The notes under the pieces are model-generated. The model was not told where the DNA came from, ran no database searches, and saw only the letters and a program-made list of their open reading frames with translations. From Amoebidium appalachense (Eukaryota; Protista; Ichthyosporea), in the NCBI GenBank assembly GCA_963693365.1, contig CAVNZM010000009.1, positions 8,165,408 through 8,229,407 of the forward strand: a stretch of 64,000 nucleotides of DNA. The letters are read 5' to 3'. Positions within the stretch are counted from its first letter, which is position 1, and each line of letters begins with the position of its first letter. Both the position numbers and the translations under genes were made by a program. Below are positions 1 through 14,974 of this stretch, one piece after another.

Positions 1-772
1 TTCCCGACTACCTCGTTGTGTCTATGACAAGTGTACGTACACTATATGTCCACTCTTAGCCGTGTATGATGCCCCAATTTACATAACTTAGATGGCCCAC
101 AATAAAGAGCTGTTATATCACATTCAAGCGTCGGGCCCCTACCTTATCGGTATTTGTGCACGTCGGGCATGTGTGTTGTTTGAAGTAGAAATGACTTTGT
201 AATTCTGAGCCGCAAAGAGACCTAGAATTGTGCTATGTAATTGGCTGCAAATCATGCACATTCGAAGTTTTGTCGAAGATTGACGGCAAACAATGTGTGT
301 GGTGTCTGTGGTGGCTGTGCAGTACAGCATCGATTTGAATTTAAGAGTATATTTGTAGTCAATCTGCTATTTAATGTAAAAGTTTATATTGTGTGCATAA
401 GGAAATTTGAAATCGGTTTGTAAATGGGTAACCGGGGCAGACTAGGAAGATAAGGGGCCCATTCCCCCCCACGTATTCGGAATATATCACGGAACTGAGT
501 CACTGCTTTCGTGTGTGCTTTGCCCAGTACTTTTCCGCACGGGGTATTCAAAGTCTTAACATGGGCGTGCATGTGCATACAAACATGTGTGCCTGGTTAT
601 CGTATACTTCGTGCGTATGTAGGGTCAGTCCGTGTGCTTAAGCACACGTGTGTGCTTGTGTGTACTCGTGCCTGAGTGTCCGTTTTGCAGAAGATCGCCT
701 AAGTAATTGCCTGTGCAGTCATAAACAGTGCACAAAGCATATGTGCTCTAGCCAAGTATGTGTTGCCTGCGC

Positions 773-2160
<1,388 letters not shown>

Positions 2161-4061
2161 GGTTGTGTCACACTGTGTGTGCGCGCATGTTATGTGTGTA
2201 TGTGTGTGTGTGGATGTGTGCGTGTGTGGCACACTGTACGTGTGCGCGTGCGTGCCTGCCAGAACTGTGTCCCGTGTCATCATGCAAGTGCTAGTAGGCG
2301 GCGTGAGCATGTACGTGTGTATGCAAATGTATGAGCTCGACATTGAACTGCCTGCTGTGTGAGTTTTGCAGAGGGAAACCAAAACCAGCAGTACTAGTCA
2401 TGGCCTTTTGCGTTGGCAAGACATAGTTGAAATATATGTGCAGTTTCTTTCCAGTCGAGTTGCAAGGCTTCACCGATATCGCATGCGTGCAGCTGGACAC
2501 AGCGATAAACAGCTCATCCACAATGTAGTTATCTAGTGTTCATCATGCGTATTATGCAAATTTGCAAGTACTACGGAACCAGTGGCTATGGGCATTGGTG
2601 CGCACGGCTGTTTGCATGTATTATACATAGGCTACACACATGATGACAATACCGACCTGATTCGACCATGCTGCGTAAAGACGATAATTGGACTCGTAAT
2701 AATAAAGTCGTAAAGCACCCCGGAACATTGCCAGGCCCCTTCGTCAGGTTGTCAGTCTGTACATGTTGGCATGGTGGCCCAGCTAATTTAGAGCCCTGGC
2801 TCCCTAAAACCGTGAGAACGACATCGGGTAGTAATATGCACGTTCTAGTATAAATTATCGGCCTTGCACGACCAACTTTTTTGTTCCGCCCTAGTAAATT
2901 GTTCGACGACCTCGGCCGCAGCACCTCGCACCTCACGAGACTTGGTTGACGCGACGCTTTGTGTTGGACACAGAGGAACACAGTTGTGCACCCGTCAAGT
3001 TTAGGGTTCGAAACATCTTGACCCCCATCCGTTCAAGTGATTGGGTGAATTAAATGATTGGCTAGATCTGCACCAATTGGTGTTGCACTTATCACCGCAT
3101 TCCAGTCATTCCAAAATTTAGATGGAGTATGCAAGCTATCCATGGATGATAAAAGTTCAACCTTATTGATACATACTTCAAAAACCTATTATTATCTAGA
3201 ATTAGTGCGTATATAAAACATAACGTACTCAGTACTAAAGGTACATCTGTCCGTCAATACTATGATATGTTCGGGATACAGATGAGCCGAGCGTTGGGTC
3301 TATTTTTAGTGGCCATTCAATAAAATTCTCGTTAAAATTAAAGAAGATTACTTTTGGACCGATTTATTGGCTACTTTCGGGTCAGGCTATCTCATACTGA
3401 GACTCGCAGATCACCAATCGTACCGAGCATCTGCTGTACGAGTCTAGATTGACCCGGGTCAGTAAAAGAAACCTTCTTTAATGTTTGGTGCGGTCCGCTT
3501 CGGATTTCCGGACTCCGGCCTTCCGGGGCAAACTTCATGTTCACGGTGACCGTGGCAAAACGAGATAACGCGTGTGCGTGCATGCCCCCAGTTGTCACTG
3601 CAAGTACTAAAAGTTGAAAGAAAACTTTTTTTGCATGAGACTGTAGCAGAAAAAACACGGAGAGCTCCGAGCAAGACATAGGTACCCCATTTCCGTTGCA
3701 CATTTTTCGCATGGCAGATCAGCTTGACCGATATCCACTCCTCTAGCCTGATCTATCTGTTTACCTCCATATTGATTTTTCGAATTTGTATTTTTATGTT
3801 TCAAGCATCACAGTCGCCCACATTAATACACTTCCCCCTTTGGCGTTGAACTTTACCTGCTGAATAACAGTAAATTCCCGGCACTAATGGTGCCGTAACT
3901 TCTACACTTTCCAACTAGACGAAGTTCACACAAGTGGGCTTGGGTTTTCCCGGGTCATGGATGCACAACAACATTAAGGCACAACCTCACTGCTTCGGCT
4001 GAGATAGAGATTTTCACAACAAAACATTACCACTACTACTTCTAAGTTAGCTAAACAAAAC

Positions 4062-5499
4062 ATGTGGTGGGTCATATACCATCTCAACAAAAAGAAACGC
4101 AATGCCGCCACGCGACAGAGCGAAAATGGTCTGTCTACCCTCAACAAAGCCACCACGGGGTCTGTATATTCGACCAACAGTGTTGAATTTTCAACACAAC
4201 TCCAGCGCGCACGGTGTGAACCACAATGGCACGACCACAGGGCAGCAGAGGTATACCTTTTTTTCGCCAACCCGCCCGAAATTGACCGTTGCTGCCCGCT
4301 CGGAAAAGCACCCAAGTACGCGTGGGCGTGGACGATTTTCATGTCTTTGATGGTCATAGTGAGCATGGGTGTGATTGTCGTGATATCAATGTGGGATATA
4401 TTGAGCAACCCTCGGGCAATGGCGACGGTTTTCATCGTTGAGGGTGTTGCGGTGTTCTTTCTTTCGTTCGACTTGATGATTCGTTTCTGCACGTTTTGGA
4501 GCGTGCACCTTTTTTGGTCCGACTGGATGAACTGGGTGGAGTTGTTTTCCATCATACCATTCTTTTTTAGGTTAAGTCTCTACTATAGCGGACACTACCA
4601 AATATGGATGTATATCCGGGTTCTAAACTTTTTGCGCCTGGCCCGATTAGCACGTGACGCTCGTCGCTTTCCCATGACCCGCGTGTTCCTCGAGGCGTTA
4701 TGGAGAGCGGGGGAGGGGATCCGTTTTCTGATGGCGTCAATATTCGTCCTCATTGTGTTCTTTTCAATGTTGCTGTTCTACGTCGCATCATATCAATCGG
4801 CCAGAGATCCGGTTACCGGAATGCTCTTTTATGATGTCGGACCAATGGCAGGGGGAGCCGGCGTTCTTTCAGAACATGTTAGATTCCCTGTGGTTTTCCA
4901 TGCTTCTAATCACGGGCAACGCGCAAAACCTACCAACATCACTCGCCAACAAACTCATTTGCATGGTGATCTTTTTTGTTGCGCTTATTGTCCTTGCATT
5001 CCCGGTGACGATTCTGGGCCTGGCGTTCGCTGAAACGTTCGAAGCACACAACAAACGGGTAGAAGACAAAAAGGCGGCGAAAAAAGCCAGTAAGACTTCC
5101 GTTTCGGGGTCAGGCGGGGGTTCGATTGCAGCATCTACTTTCGATCTCCAGAAGCTTTCGACTATTTTCCCTGGTGCTAGTATGGGTGGCATAAACTCGC
5201 CCGTGAAGGGAAAGGAAACAACGGATGCGAGGTTGCCTGGCGAGATGGGAGAAAAGGGCCCCGCTACTGATAAGATTAAGAAATGCCTTGCGGATGTCGA
5301 GATGAACATTAAGGTCATGCGACTGCAACTGGAGAATATGGAGAATATGCGCAAAGTACTGAAGGAGGCGCTGTTGTGTGATTCTTCTTCTTCTGTTTTG
5401 AACGTGGGTGTTAGTAGTTGTAGTAGCATCTCTGCTAATCTCCCAGGAGATCGTGTGAATGTGATGACACCATTGGATGAATCGGGCGCTGATTGCTAA
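4062..5499 (+). CDS. 6TM voltage-gated (Kv-like) ion channel, intronless, with one frameshift near 4851-4855 and a non-canonical selectivity filter
   Basis: ORF 4062 gives S1-S3 hydrophobic helices (S2 EGVAVFFLSFDLMIRF, S3 WMNWVELFSIIPFF), an S4-like RVLNFLRLARLARDARR and S5. ORF 4753-5499 gives the pore helix FQNMLDSLWFSMLLIT and S6 ALIVLAFPVTILG. Removing one G from the G5 run at 4851-4855 joins the frames (YDVGPMAGEPAFFQN). Confidence 0.85.
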
Positions 5500-5726
5500 A
5501 AATAGGAAACTGTAGGACTGGCCACTGGTGAAGATTAGAGTAATAAGGTGCTGTTTAGCTAAGAGAACGGAAAGTTCATTTGTCTATTTTGCAATAAGTT
5601 GATTGTAGCCTAAACCGTTACTGAGTAGACCAAACCATTTTATGTATCCAATGAATGCTAATGTTGATTCTACGAATATATGTAAATAGGTTGAATGTAG
5701 CAAAAGTGGGGGTAGGGGGGCGGCGT

Positions 5727-5771
<45 letters not shown>

Positions 5772-5777
5772 AGAAAG

Positions 5778-5811
<34 letters not shown>

Positions 5812-6645
5812 AATTACACTACCTATACTGAGTTTGCAACCGTATGAACAGTTTCGTGGCCATGGTGTGACTGTGGTGTTACCGAACTTGGGCATGAATT
5901 ATTTCCGTATTTGGATGTTGCTGTGCATCACTATTGTAGGCTTTCATCGTTTAACTTCAATAGTATGTATTGTAGTCGCAACAAATACTGGCATAGATAA
6001 TCTGCGATGAACATATGTGCCTCTTGATTTGACGTCGTGTATGATATTGTAATTTACGCCTCCGAGGCATCTGTGGACGGGTTACTACTTTAGCCTCATA
6101 AACCCTGCACCGATGGTATTATAGTCCATGGATTAGTATAATCACGACTCAGTGACGTGGATATGTCATCAGATGGAATTGAAGGAATAAAACCGCCCGA
6201 ATACCGAAAACAGAACGGTAACTATCCGGTTAGGACTTGGTCTAGACCTACCTAGGTGCTAAAATCCTTCGTCCCAAAGCCACAGCACGCGGTAATTGTT
6301 TTGCAAGTGCACACTCGTATGGATATCTGGGCCACACAAAGGGCTGGTGTGTTTTGTGCTTGCTCAGTGGTACGGGGATTAACGGGGGTTTCTTTTGGGC
6401 TGATTTCTTGTCACCACCGCTTTTTGGTCCTCGATTCAGGCCCAACGCTACTTGATGCGCACCAAGCCAATCATATTGCATACACTCCATTCGGGTCTGA
6501 CAAGACCCGGATACCTATTAGAGAAACACCCTGTGCATTCATCATCCGTGTACCGATTTTCCTGAACTCTAGAGCCGTTTGATCTCCGTGCCCGCCTTCT
6601 ATGCGTCAAGTGCGTTTGAATGCAACTCTTAATCCTCCCTCCCTT

Positions 6646-6696
<51 letters not shown>

Positions 6697-6884
6697 CCGC
6701 CTCCTGGGGGCCCTTCCCCCCGTTCCCCCTCTCCCCGTCCGCGCGAACTTTGAGACGTTGCCGGCCCGGCCGCCCGAAGCTCGCTGCAATGGTGGTGGTG
6801 GTGAAAAAAGAAGGGGAGGGGGGGGGGGGGGGGGGGGGGGAAGATAGTCCGTACGACGGTGGCCCCTAGGTATAGGGTGATCGG

Positions 6885-7364
6885 TGTAAACAACTGTACA
6901 CATGAACTGTACATGTTTACTAAAGAATGTGATCTACTAGCACACGATTCGTGCTTTGTCATGAATATCACATAAATATTATGTCCGCACCAATAGGACT
7001 CACTCTGACCTAAGAATTGAACCATATATGGTTCTTCCGCTGCATACCACATAAACGAAGTGAACCAATAAGAGGTTTGCATAAATAGGACGAAGGTCTG
7101 ACTGGCTCGGACCGCACCAGAATCACGAATGGCATGTTGCCACCCGCGCTGGCCGCGGATGAACCAATCCTGGGCCTTGATCCGAAACCTGGGGGCTATA
7201 TAAGAAAGCCGTCCCAGTACGGGGATCACATCAGTGAAGTCTGAGACAGACTGAGTCGGCCCATAGTAAAAGCAACCTGGCCGCGTGTGCCTTTCTACCC
7301 GTTCTCTGTCTTTATTTTGATTCAGTTGTACTCTGCCTTATCCTAACTAGTCCAACTGTTTACA
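6885..7364 (+). repeat. 5' LTR (480 bp)
   Basis: TGTAAAC...GTTTACA; no differences seen versus 9996-10475; TATA-like CTATATAAG near 7196. Confidence 0.95.
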
Positions 7365-7382
7365 TTGGCGACCGCGGCAGGA
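7365..7382 (+). promoter_or_regulatory. Primer-binding site, probably tRNA-Ser
   Basis: TTGGCGACCGCGGCAGGA is complementary to a tRNA 3' end ...TCCTGCCGCGGTCG-CCA. The G discriminator fits Ser, but the tRNA identity is inferred. Confidence 0.7.
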
Positions 7383-8433
7383 CACTGTTTTACATTGCCA
7401 ACTGTTTACATTGGCGACCGCGCAGTTCAAGAATCTCGCATCCTTCGAATCTCACATCTTTCAATCAGTTCAAGAATCTCACATCTTTCAATCAGCTCAA
7501 GAATCTCCCATGGCCGATCACAATCCTTTTTACCCCGATGATAGGCACATCTTTCCTTGTCCGGCTTAGAATATATACACCTACAAGTTTGAAGTGGCCA
7601 GCCCACCTACACGGAAAGAATTGAAAGCATGTAAAACTTCTTTTGCTACGACACATCAAAAATGTGAAGAAAAACGAATACACAACGAAACAACGAATAC
7701 ACGAACAAACGAATAAAGAATTGCTAACGAAGCAATGAACCAACGAAAAACGAACCATCACGAATACACAATGAAATAAAGAATGAACGACAAACGAATG
7801 CATAGAGGAAATACGAAATGAATGCAACACGAAAACAAAACGAAGTAACGAATTTATCAAACGACAAAAAACGAAAAACGAAAGCAAAATGAACTGGAAA
7901 TACGAAAATGCAAGAACGAATGCACAACACTGCTTGGGTTGCAATGCACACAGCCCCCTCTATGTTAGAAAGAAAATAAAACCGTTGCCCTTGCGTGCAT
8001 TGCGCTATTGCACACTGTCATCGTGTCCATGCCACCGCATGCACCTCCACACTCGCAAGCCAGATGCACGGCCACTTTCAGCACGAATGCATTTAAAGAA
8101 GAAGATAGTCGCTGTTCCTATAGCATTGAGGACATAAGGTGCTGTGAAAGTAGTTTTGCATGCATGCTTCGAATTTCTTGCTGTTTTCGAATACAGCATG
8201 CCCCATAGTTTAGCGCACAGGATGCACAACATGCGCATGAATGTATGCTGGCATGCCTAAACACATTACGAACATATGCCTCATGTATGGCGGCCCTTCC
8301 TGGTGCCACGCCCTAACGAATTTGCACTCTTGGTGCACAAAAGGCATGTAATAAAGTCGATGCAGAACTTTTGTTCATGCATGTGAAAAACAAAGAAGGT
8401 GTTGGGTACGAATTTTAAGGTGAATGCCCGTCT

Positions 8434-9530
8434 GTGGCAATACTGTGTAACATACCAATTACACTGTCAAGCCTTGCACTAGCTGCCGGCACACCCCCAC
8501 CAGAACAAAAGAATGTGGTATGGGTACCGCTCCCTCACAACCCCATCATACAGTGTCAGTATTTTGGCTGGAAGCCTTTCAGTTTCGAATTACGAATACC
8601 CTCCTTCACTACTGAAGAAAGTGACGTGGAAGACAAATACGAATACGAATGCAAGGTGTTGTTGACTAACACATCGGACCATCATGTGTACCTAGGCCCT
8701 GGTACGGAGGTGACCATGTTATTCCCTTGCAATATGATGACACTGTAACAATTTAGCACGTGCATACCCCACCAATGGGCACATGCGGGAGACAACCCCA
8801 CAAGCTAACTTATTGGGCACCTCTGCTAAAACGAATATTCTTCTCACGACGGAACAGAAGAATGCCACGAACACGAACCACACACTCACCAGGCTGCTAC
8901 TTACATCTAATGTATGTAAGAAGTAGGGTGTGTGAACGGGGTAACTTCATGAACACCAACACGAAAGAAAGCACAGCACAAAGCAGTTCCACGAACACGA
9001 ATGGTTTTGGTTTTCCACACAACGAACAGAACCAACAGTAGGGCCACCTACAAATGAAGCAGAGGATGGGGCACCATCCAGACCTGCACTGGAGGATATG
9101 AAAACACGAAGCGCGCTCACGAAGTTGCTTACAAAAGAAAGGGCGACTCTGACGACTTTTCTTTTTAGGCCAAGCCTCCAGAAGAATGTATTATGCCTGG
9201 AATCCCCCTGCTCAACGAAAAATGGCTGGCAAATGGGATACGAAAACTGCTCACGAATGGAAGCATGTGTTTTCTGAAGAAGGTTTGCTTTGCCTACCCT
9301 CTTCTTATGAATTATGAACCGGGTTTTTACTGGTTCGAATTCTGACGGGCTGATATATTTCTTTATGTCGCCCAACGAAGAACACTTGGGGCATTTTTAT
9401 TCATGTTTTTCCCAGCTCCGATGATGCAGGGTTAAAGCTGAAAGGAAAGAAGTGCTATTTGTTCATGAAAGAAGTGGCTTTTCTGGCCATGGCGACTCGC
9501 CTTACAGTCTTAAGGTAGAACCGGGATAAG
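8434..9530 (+). pseudogene. pol: Decayed Gypsy pol remnants (post-protease region and RT)
   Basis: VLLTNTSDHHVYLGPGTEV resembles the Gypsy post-protease segment. Around 9350-9490 the sequence reads SPNEEHLGH and DDAGLKLKGKKCYLFMKEVAFL (RT C-terminal motifs) with frameshifts. Confidence 0.6.
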
Positions 9531-9995
9531 GAGCAGCGGCTAAGCCTTGAAGCTATCCACCACTACCTGAGCTACGAAGTGACCTAAGCCTTGAGTTATA
9601 TTCATTATCGAATGTTTGGTATGATCATTCATCCACACAACCAAATTACTCGCAATTGAAAACGAATCTGCGGGAGTATCCTAAAAAGGAAAAATTCCCA
9701 AAAGAAAAATACTACTTCTACAGAAAAGCCAAGCACAGAGACGAAGCGAACAATTCGCACACACTCTGCAACAATCTTCGCCACGAAAATGAAATCACAG
9801 AAGAATGCTGCATGAATTTACGTTTTGGCAAATGAAGAAGTGCTCATAGACGTGCACAACTCTATTCAACCGTCCTTGCTCTGTTCTGCCCAGCAGGTCG
9901 GCGCACAAGAATTCTCGCTGAAGGTTGTTTATCGCCTCTCAGCCTGGTGGTTTGCTTGTCTAACGACACCACCAGGCTCCCGACAAGGGGGGGAG

Positions 9996-10475
9996 TGTAA
10001 ACAACTGTACACATGAACTGTACATGTTTACTAAAGAATGTGATCTACTAGCACACGATTCGTGCTTTGTCATGAATATCACATAAATATTATGTCCGCA
10101 CCAATAGGACTCACTCTGACCTAAGAATTGAACCATATATGGTTCTTCCGCTGCATACCACATAAACGAAGTGAACCAATAAGAGGTTTGCATAAATAGG
10201 ACGAAGGTCTGACTGGCTCGGACCGCACCAGAATCACGAATGGCATGTTGCCACCCGCGCTGGCCGCGGATGAACCAATCCTGGGCCTTGATCCGAAACC
10301 TGGGGGCTATATAAGAAAGCCGTCCCAGTACGGGGATCACATCAGTGAAGTCTGAGACAGACTGAGTCGGCCCATAGTAAAAGCAACCTGGCCGCGTGTG
10401 CCTTTCTACCCGTTCTCTGTCTTTATTTTGATTCAGTTGTACTCTGCCTTATCCTAACTAGTCCAACTGTTTACA
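9996..10475 (+). repeat. 3' LTR (480 bp) preceded by PPT AAGGGGGGGAG (9985-9995)
   Basis: Direct repeat of 6885-7364, followed by TSD ATCGG. Confidence 0.95.
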
Positions 10476-10790
10476 ATCGGTCAGATAAGCTGCTAAAAAA
10501 CACAGTATTTGTTAAATTTTCACCCTAATGCTCATTTATAAATCCAATAACCATATTCCTATATGTGTCTGGGCCCCGAATGGGTGGGTTGCTGCCCCCC
10601 CCCTCCCCCCAACCCCCCGCTAGAGGCGCCTAACAGCCCCTTTATGCCGCTCGGGGATCAAACCGTTCCCGCCTGATTTTTACGTCATCGGGTCGTGTTT
10701 TGGCCAATCAGGTGCGAATGAGGGTCCGTCTGGGTCCGTCGTAAGAATCAAAGTTGGGGTGGAGGGGGGAGGGGGGGGGGAGAAGGAGAG

Positions 10791-10839
<49 letters not shown>

Positions 10840-10961
10840 GGGGGAAGGGGGGGAGGAAGGGGGCGGGGATGAACTACTTTGGTCTACAAGCTGCAGATGC
10901 GAATTCGGCCTGACTGACTAATATTCATTCGCATAAACAGGACTATAGACACACATACACA

Positions 10962-10992
<31 letters not shown>

Positions 10993-11020
10993 GCACACAC
11001 GCACGCGCGCATACACGTGT

Positions 11021-11264
<244 letters not shown>

Positions 11265-11960
11265 TTCCCCTCCCCCTCCCCCCGCCTCCCCCCCCCCCCC
11301 CCCCCCCCCCGCCACCCGACTGCGCCAGCTCCGTTTTTTCTGGGAGAGACATTCTCTTTCATTGTCTACTGCCACGGACCGGGTGAAGAAATACAACTTA
11401 AAAATCGCCCCACGCGGTCGCAGGAGAAGCGGGGGGAGGGGGGGACTCCGAGGAGGAAGGGGGTGCTTTATTAGAGAGAGTGATACCTGTTTTGTTCCTT
11501 TATTCTCTACGAGACCGAGGCTACCGGTGGTATTTTGAATAACATCACAGGATCCACCCCCCCCCCCCCCCCCCCCCTTCCCCCTCAGGTCCTTCTCTCC
11601 CGAAACAGAAAGATATTCATCATGTGACAGCGAATTTCCAAGTCACTCTTTTTCTCACCCGGCTACCAGCAGAAATTACACTGGAACTGGTACAACTGAC
11701 AAATCCATAGGTCTATTCGCACATAAATGAGAACACACGTAGCTAATCAGGCGATGCATGAACATGGCGCAGAGTGTGCAGCTAAAAAGAACCTAAGAGA
11801 CGGCAACCATTGGAGGATCATCATACTTTATTTGCGGCTCCCTCCGACCAATCAGGTGAGACGAAATAGTCCCCATGGAAATATACATATACAGATGCAA
11901 CTCGGCAACCCTAATGCTCAGCTCAATAATTGTCATTTACTACGTGCCAGAACCAAAACT

Positions 11961-12799
11961 CTAAACGGACAATGAAATCGACGCTGCAGTATGGAAGTGG
12001 ATGAAGATTGCATGGGGTTTTTCCTTCACCACAAACACTATATCCTGTGTTGGTTTACCAATTATCTCATCACAGCTGCCCTCGAAGCGAATTTTCGTAC
12101 CCTCCTTCCATCCTGGTTTCACGTCAAAACTCAAAACCTTTGACTCGAGGTGTAAGCGCCCCGTTTGCGCGTTTTCAATCGTCCGCGTGATTTTGACGTT
12201 CTCACTTCTTGCAGCCTCCGCCGTATAGCTCCTCAAGCGTGCATTTTAAGTCATGAACAATCTCGGTGTGTTTCAAAAACTTTTCGTTCTGCTGCCCTCC
12301 CGCACCTGGAAATCCGTTGCTGTTATCTCCTTCCTTCGAAAAAATACGAGCCCTGCATGCGCTTTGCCCTTGTTGTAGGTTTTTGCTGTGCCCTACGCTT
12401 TCGCCCTTCTCCAAACATGCGCGCAAATGCATCACCAGTACCCTGGAAAGAAAAGTTATAGAAATTGCCCGTTCGATTACCACCACCGAAGTTGAAATTC
12501 CCTGCTCCCGGTTGAAAACCCCCAACTTGAGTATTTCCGGTTGTGTTAGGAACCCCCTTTTCAGACCTTCCTCTCCATATATATATAAGTGTCGCAGACT
12601 TGTCTTTTCTTCGCATCGGAGAGCACGTCAAAAGCCTCTGAAATCTCTTGAAACTTTTGGTTGCCTCATCTTTATTGTTTGGGTTTTTGCCTGGGTGCCA
12701 TTGCATGGCAAGTTTTCGGTATGCCTTTTTTAGTGCATCTTCGTCTGTTGTTCCCCGCGGATCGCCCCCAAGAATGTGATAGTAGTCTTTGCCTGGCAT
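11961..12799 (-). pseudogene. dnaJ: Class B DnaJ/Hsp40 (Sis1/DNAJB-like) pseudogene, intronless, multiple frameshifts, 3'-truncated
   Basis: J-domain [11 protein letters not shown]...[18 protein letters not shown] (HPD changed to HPG), a G/F-rich region, and C-terminal domain pieces IVHDLKCTLEELYGG and VKPGWKEGTKIRFEG...DIVFVVKEKPH in different frames. Confidence 0.9.
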
Positions 12800-13238
12800 C
12801 TTATGGGGAAGCGCTAATGTAACTAATATATAGCCTTAGGGAAGAAAAATGTTCTGTTTGAATAAGTGTTAGGGTTTGTTGTACTGATGGTGTTCACGAA
12901 TTGAAAAGTGCATTACAAAATCGTGTATGGTTTGCTTGTTTCTCTGTTCTCCTGAATGTGCCCATGGGTGGAAGTGGCTCGTGTTACACACTTGCTCCAC
13001 AACCTATCATCAATGCCTTAAGATAATGTCACATGATGTCTCTCTTGTATTCTATATCTGCCAACACTTTCAAGTGCGAAATTGAATTCTTTATTTTTGA
13101 CACGATTCTCGATTCCGGACGAGGAACTGATCCCAGCATATGACCGGTGACCTTTAATATATACTTTCCCAAGGTGCCATAAAAATGTCCGCTGGTGCTC
13201 TGTAATCCAACCATAATAGAGGATCTAAAATTTATGCA

Positions 13239-13812
13239 GGGGTTGATTTGAATTACGACTCAAAATCGTCGTATTTACGGTTAAGCCCAGAGGGTCAAAA
13301 CGAATAACGCTGTGAGGTACTGTATTGGTTTTTCGTAGCAGTAAAATAGGTCACAGTAATGTATTCTGTTTTTTTGGTGTGTTTTCATACAAAAATGGGT
13401 GTTTTCCAAGGTAAAATATGGTCAGGTGGTTAACGACTATGTCGGCATTTCTCGATCGTGATGTAATATTTTTACCATGTCCAGACTTTCCTAAAACGAA
13501 CAATACAATTATGGAAACTACCAATTAGTGCGCTCATTTTTATCGGCTTCGGCTGGCCGTGAGCCAACATGTACGTGATCTGGTGACGTCATTTTCAATT
13601 TCGGAACATCATCAATGACATCATGCAATTATGAGCTACGTCATAGTTACGTCATAATTGAGAAAGGCCGACTTAGACCTTAATTTGGAATATGAGGCCC
13701 TTTTTGTCCATCGGGGTGTGTAATCATTTTAGGAGTGTAAAGTTATCTGAAATGGTTTATCAAATTTGGTAATAAAAAGGGGTCTATACGAGTCGTAAAT
13801 GAGACAAACCCC
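13239..13812. mobile_element. Possible old TIR element/MITE
   Basis: Imperfect inverted ends GGGGTTGATTTGAATTACGACTC versus reverse complement GGGGTTTGTCTCATTTACGACTC (18/23 match); no clear TSD. Confidence 0.35.
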
Positions 13813-13994
13813 GCCAATACGATTTAGAAATTCTTTTTTTTATAATGACTTTATTGATATGCTCAGCAAAATAGAAGACATTCCCCTCTCCCCTCTTTCC
13901 TCCCCTCTCCCCTCTTTCCTCCCCTCTCTCCTCTTTCCTCCCCTCTCTCTCCCCTTCTCCCCTGGGCACAAATACAAATAAACCCCGCAATAGT

Positions 13995-14584
13995 GTGTGT
14001 GTGACTTTGGACTGCCACTTACTTATTAAACATGTACACAATCACAAGATAATCACGCAATATAACAAATGGAAAAAGATACCACACGACACTAGACCCG
14101 ATGAAAGCATACACCTTGAAAAACTAAGCCTTATGTCTCGTTTTATATATACTGACCGCCTCAACCATATTGCCAAATATGGCACTCGCAAGTGTATAAC
14201 ACCTAAATACATATTACCTTCCTGTAGAACTGGTCTTTCTCTAGCTGATGGTATTATTGATCAATTACCACGCTTTTACTGTACACGTGCTATACAGTGG
14301 AGATCTAATAAGTATAAGGTGGCATCATTTGCATGCCCAAACAACACACACACACACCAGTTTAACCGGTCATGTATCGCCAAATGTAGTTTGATAGACC
14401 ACATAATACCGCAACACACACACGTCACATTCACAACAGACACCCAGAAAGATAGCCTACCTGTAAATTACAACATCCTTGATTTTATACTAAACACGCG
14501 TAACTACGACCTGTTTATTAGATGTATTGATTGGCTTGAGAAACACATCACTACAAAATTATAGCGCACGCGCACACACACACA

Positions 14585-14635
<51 letters not shown>

Positions 14636-14667
14636 CCAGCTGATACCGAGTGTCCCGAGGGGAGCCC

Positions 14668-14722
<55 letters not shown>
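13995..14722 (+). mobile_element. 3' end of a non-LTR (LINE) retrotransposon: ORF2 C-terminus plus poly(A)
   Basis: ORF 13995-14564 has YILP...AIQWRSN...C...FNRSCIAKC...YNILDFILN, matching the same region of the LINE at 14975-15350. It is followed by (CA)n and an A-run of about 52 nt (14671-14722). Confidence 0.7.
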
Positions 14723-14723
<1 letters not shown>

Positions 14724-14974
14724 GGGGAACCCCAACTAATTGATTTCTCCTTGTAGTCTTTATGGTGTCTCGTAGAGAAAGTAAACCCTGATATATAGTC
14801 ACCACCCGACATCTATGTACGTGATCATGATATACCGCTGAGGGGATATTCCGAGCAAAACCCCCCCCCCCCATACCTGAGACTGGTTCTCTTTGCCTCG
14901 AGTAAACAGCGTAAACCCCTAGAAGACATCGAGATACTATAACCAATATCTCGGAGAAGAAAATATAGAAGCCC

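Larger units (their letters stand above)
6885..10475 (+). mobile_element. Non-autonomous LTR retrotransposon derived from Ty3/Gypsy
   Basis: Two 480-bp TG...CA LTRs, TSD ATCGG (6880-6884 and 10476-10480), PBS and PPT. The internal region has only decayed pol remnants. Confidence 0.95.

Noticed and set aside
6606-7229. Duplicated ORFs MIPVLGRLSY... (also 9960-10340) and MYVSTYLARAH... (20451, 40805) as paralogous genes
   Set aside because: They are incidental frames inside LTR pairs.
13580-13665. TGACGTCA/TACGTCA cluster as the DnaJ promoter
   Set aside because: It lies inside a possible old TIR element about 800 bp from a pseudogene; no support for function.
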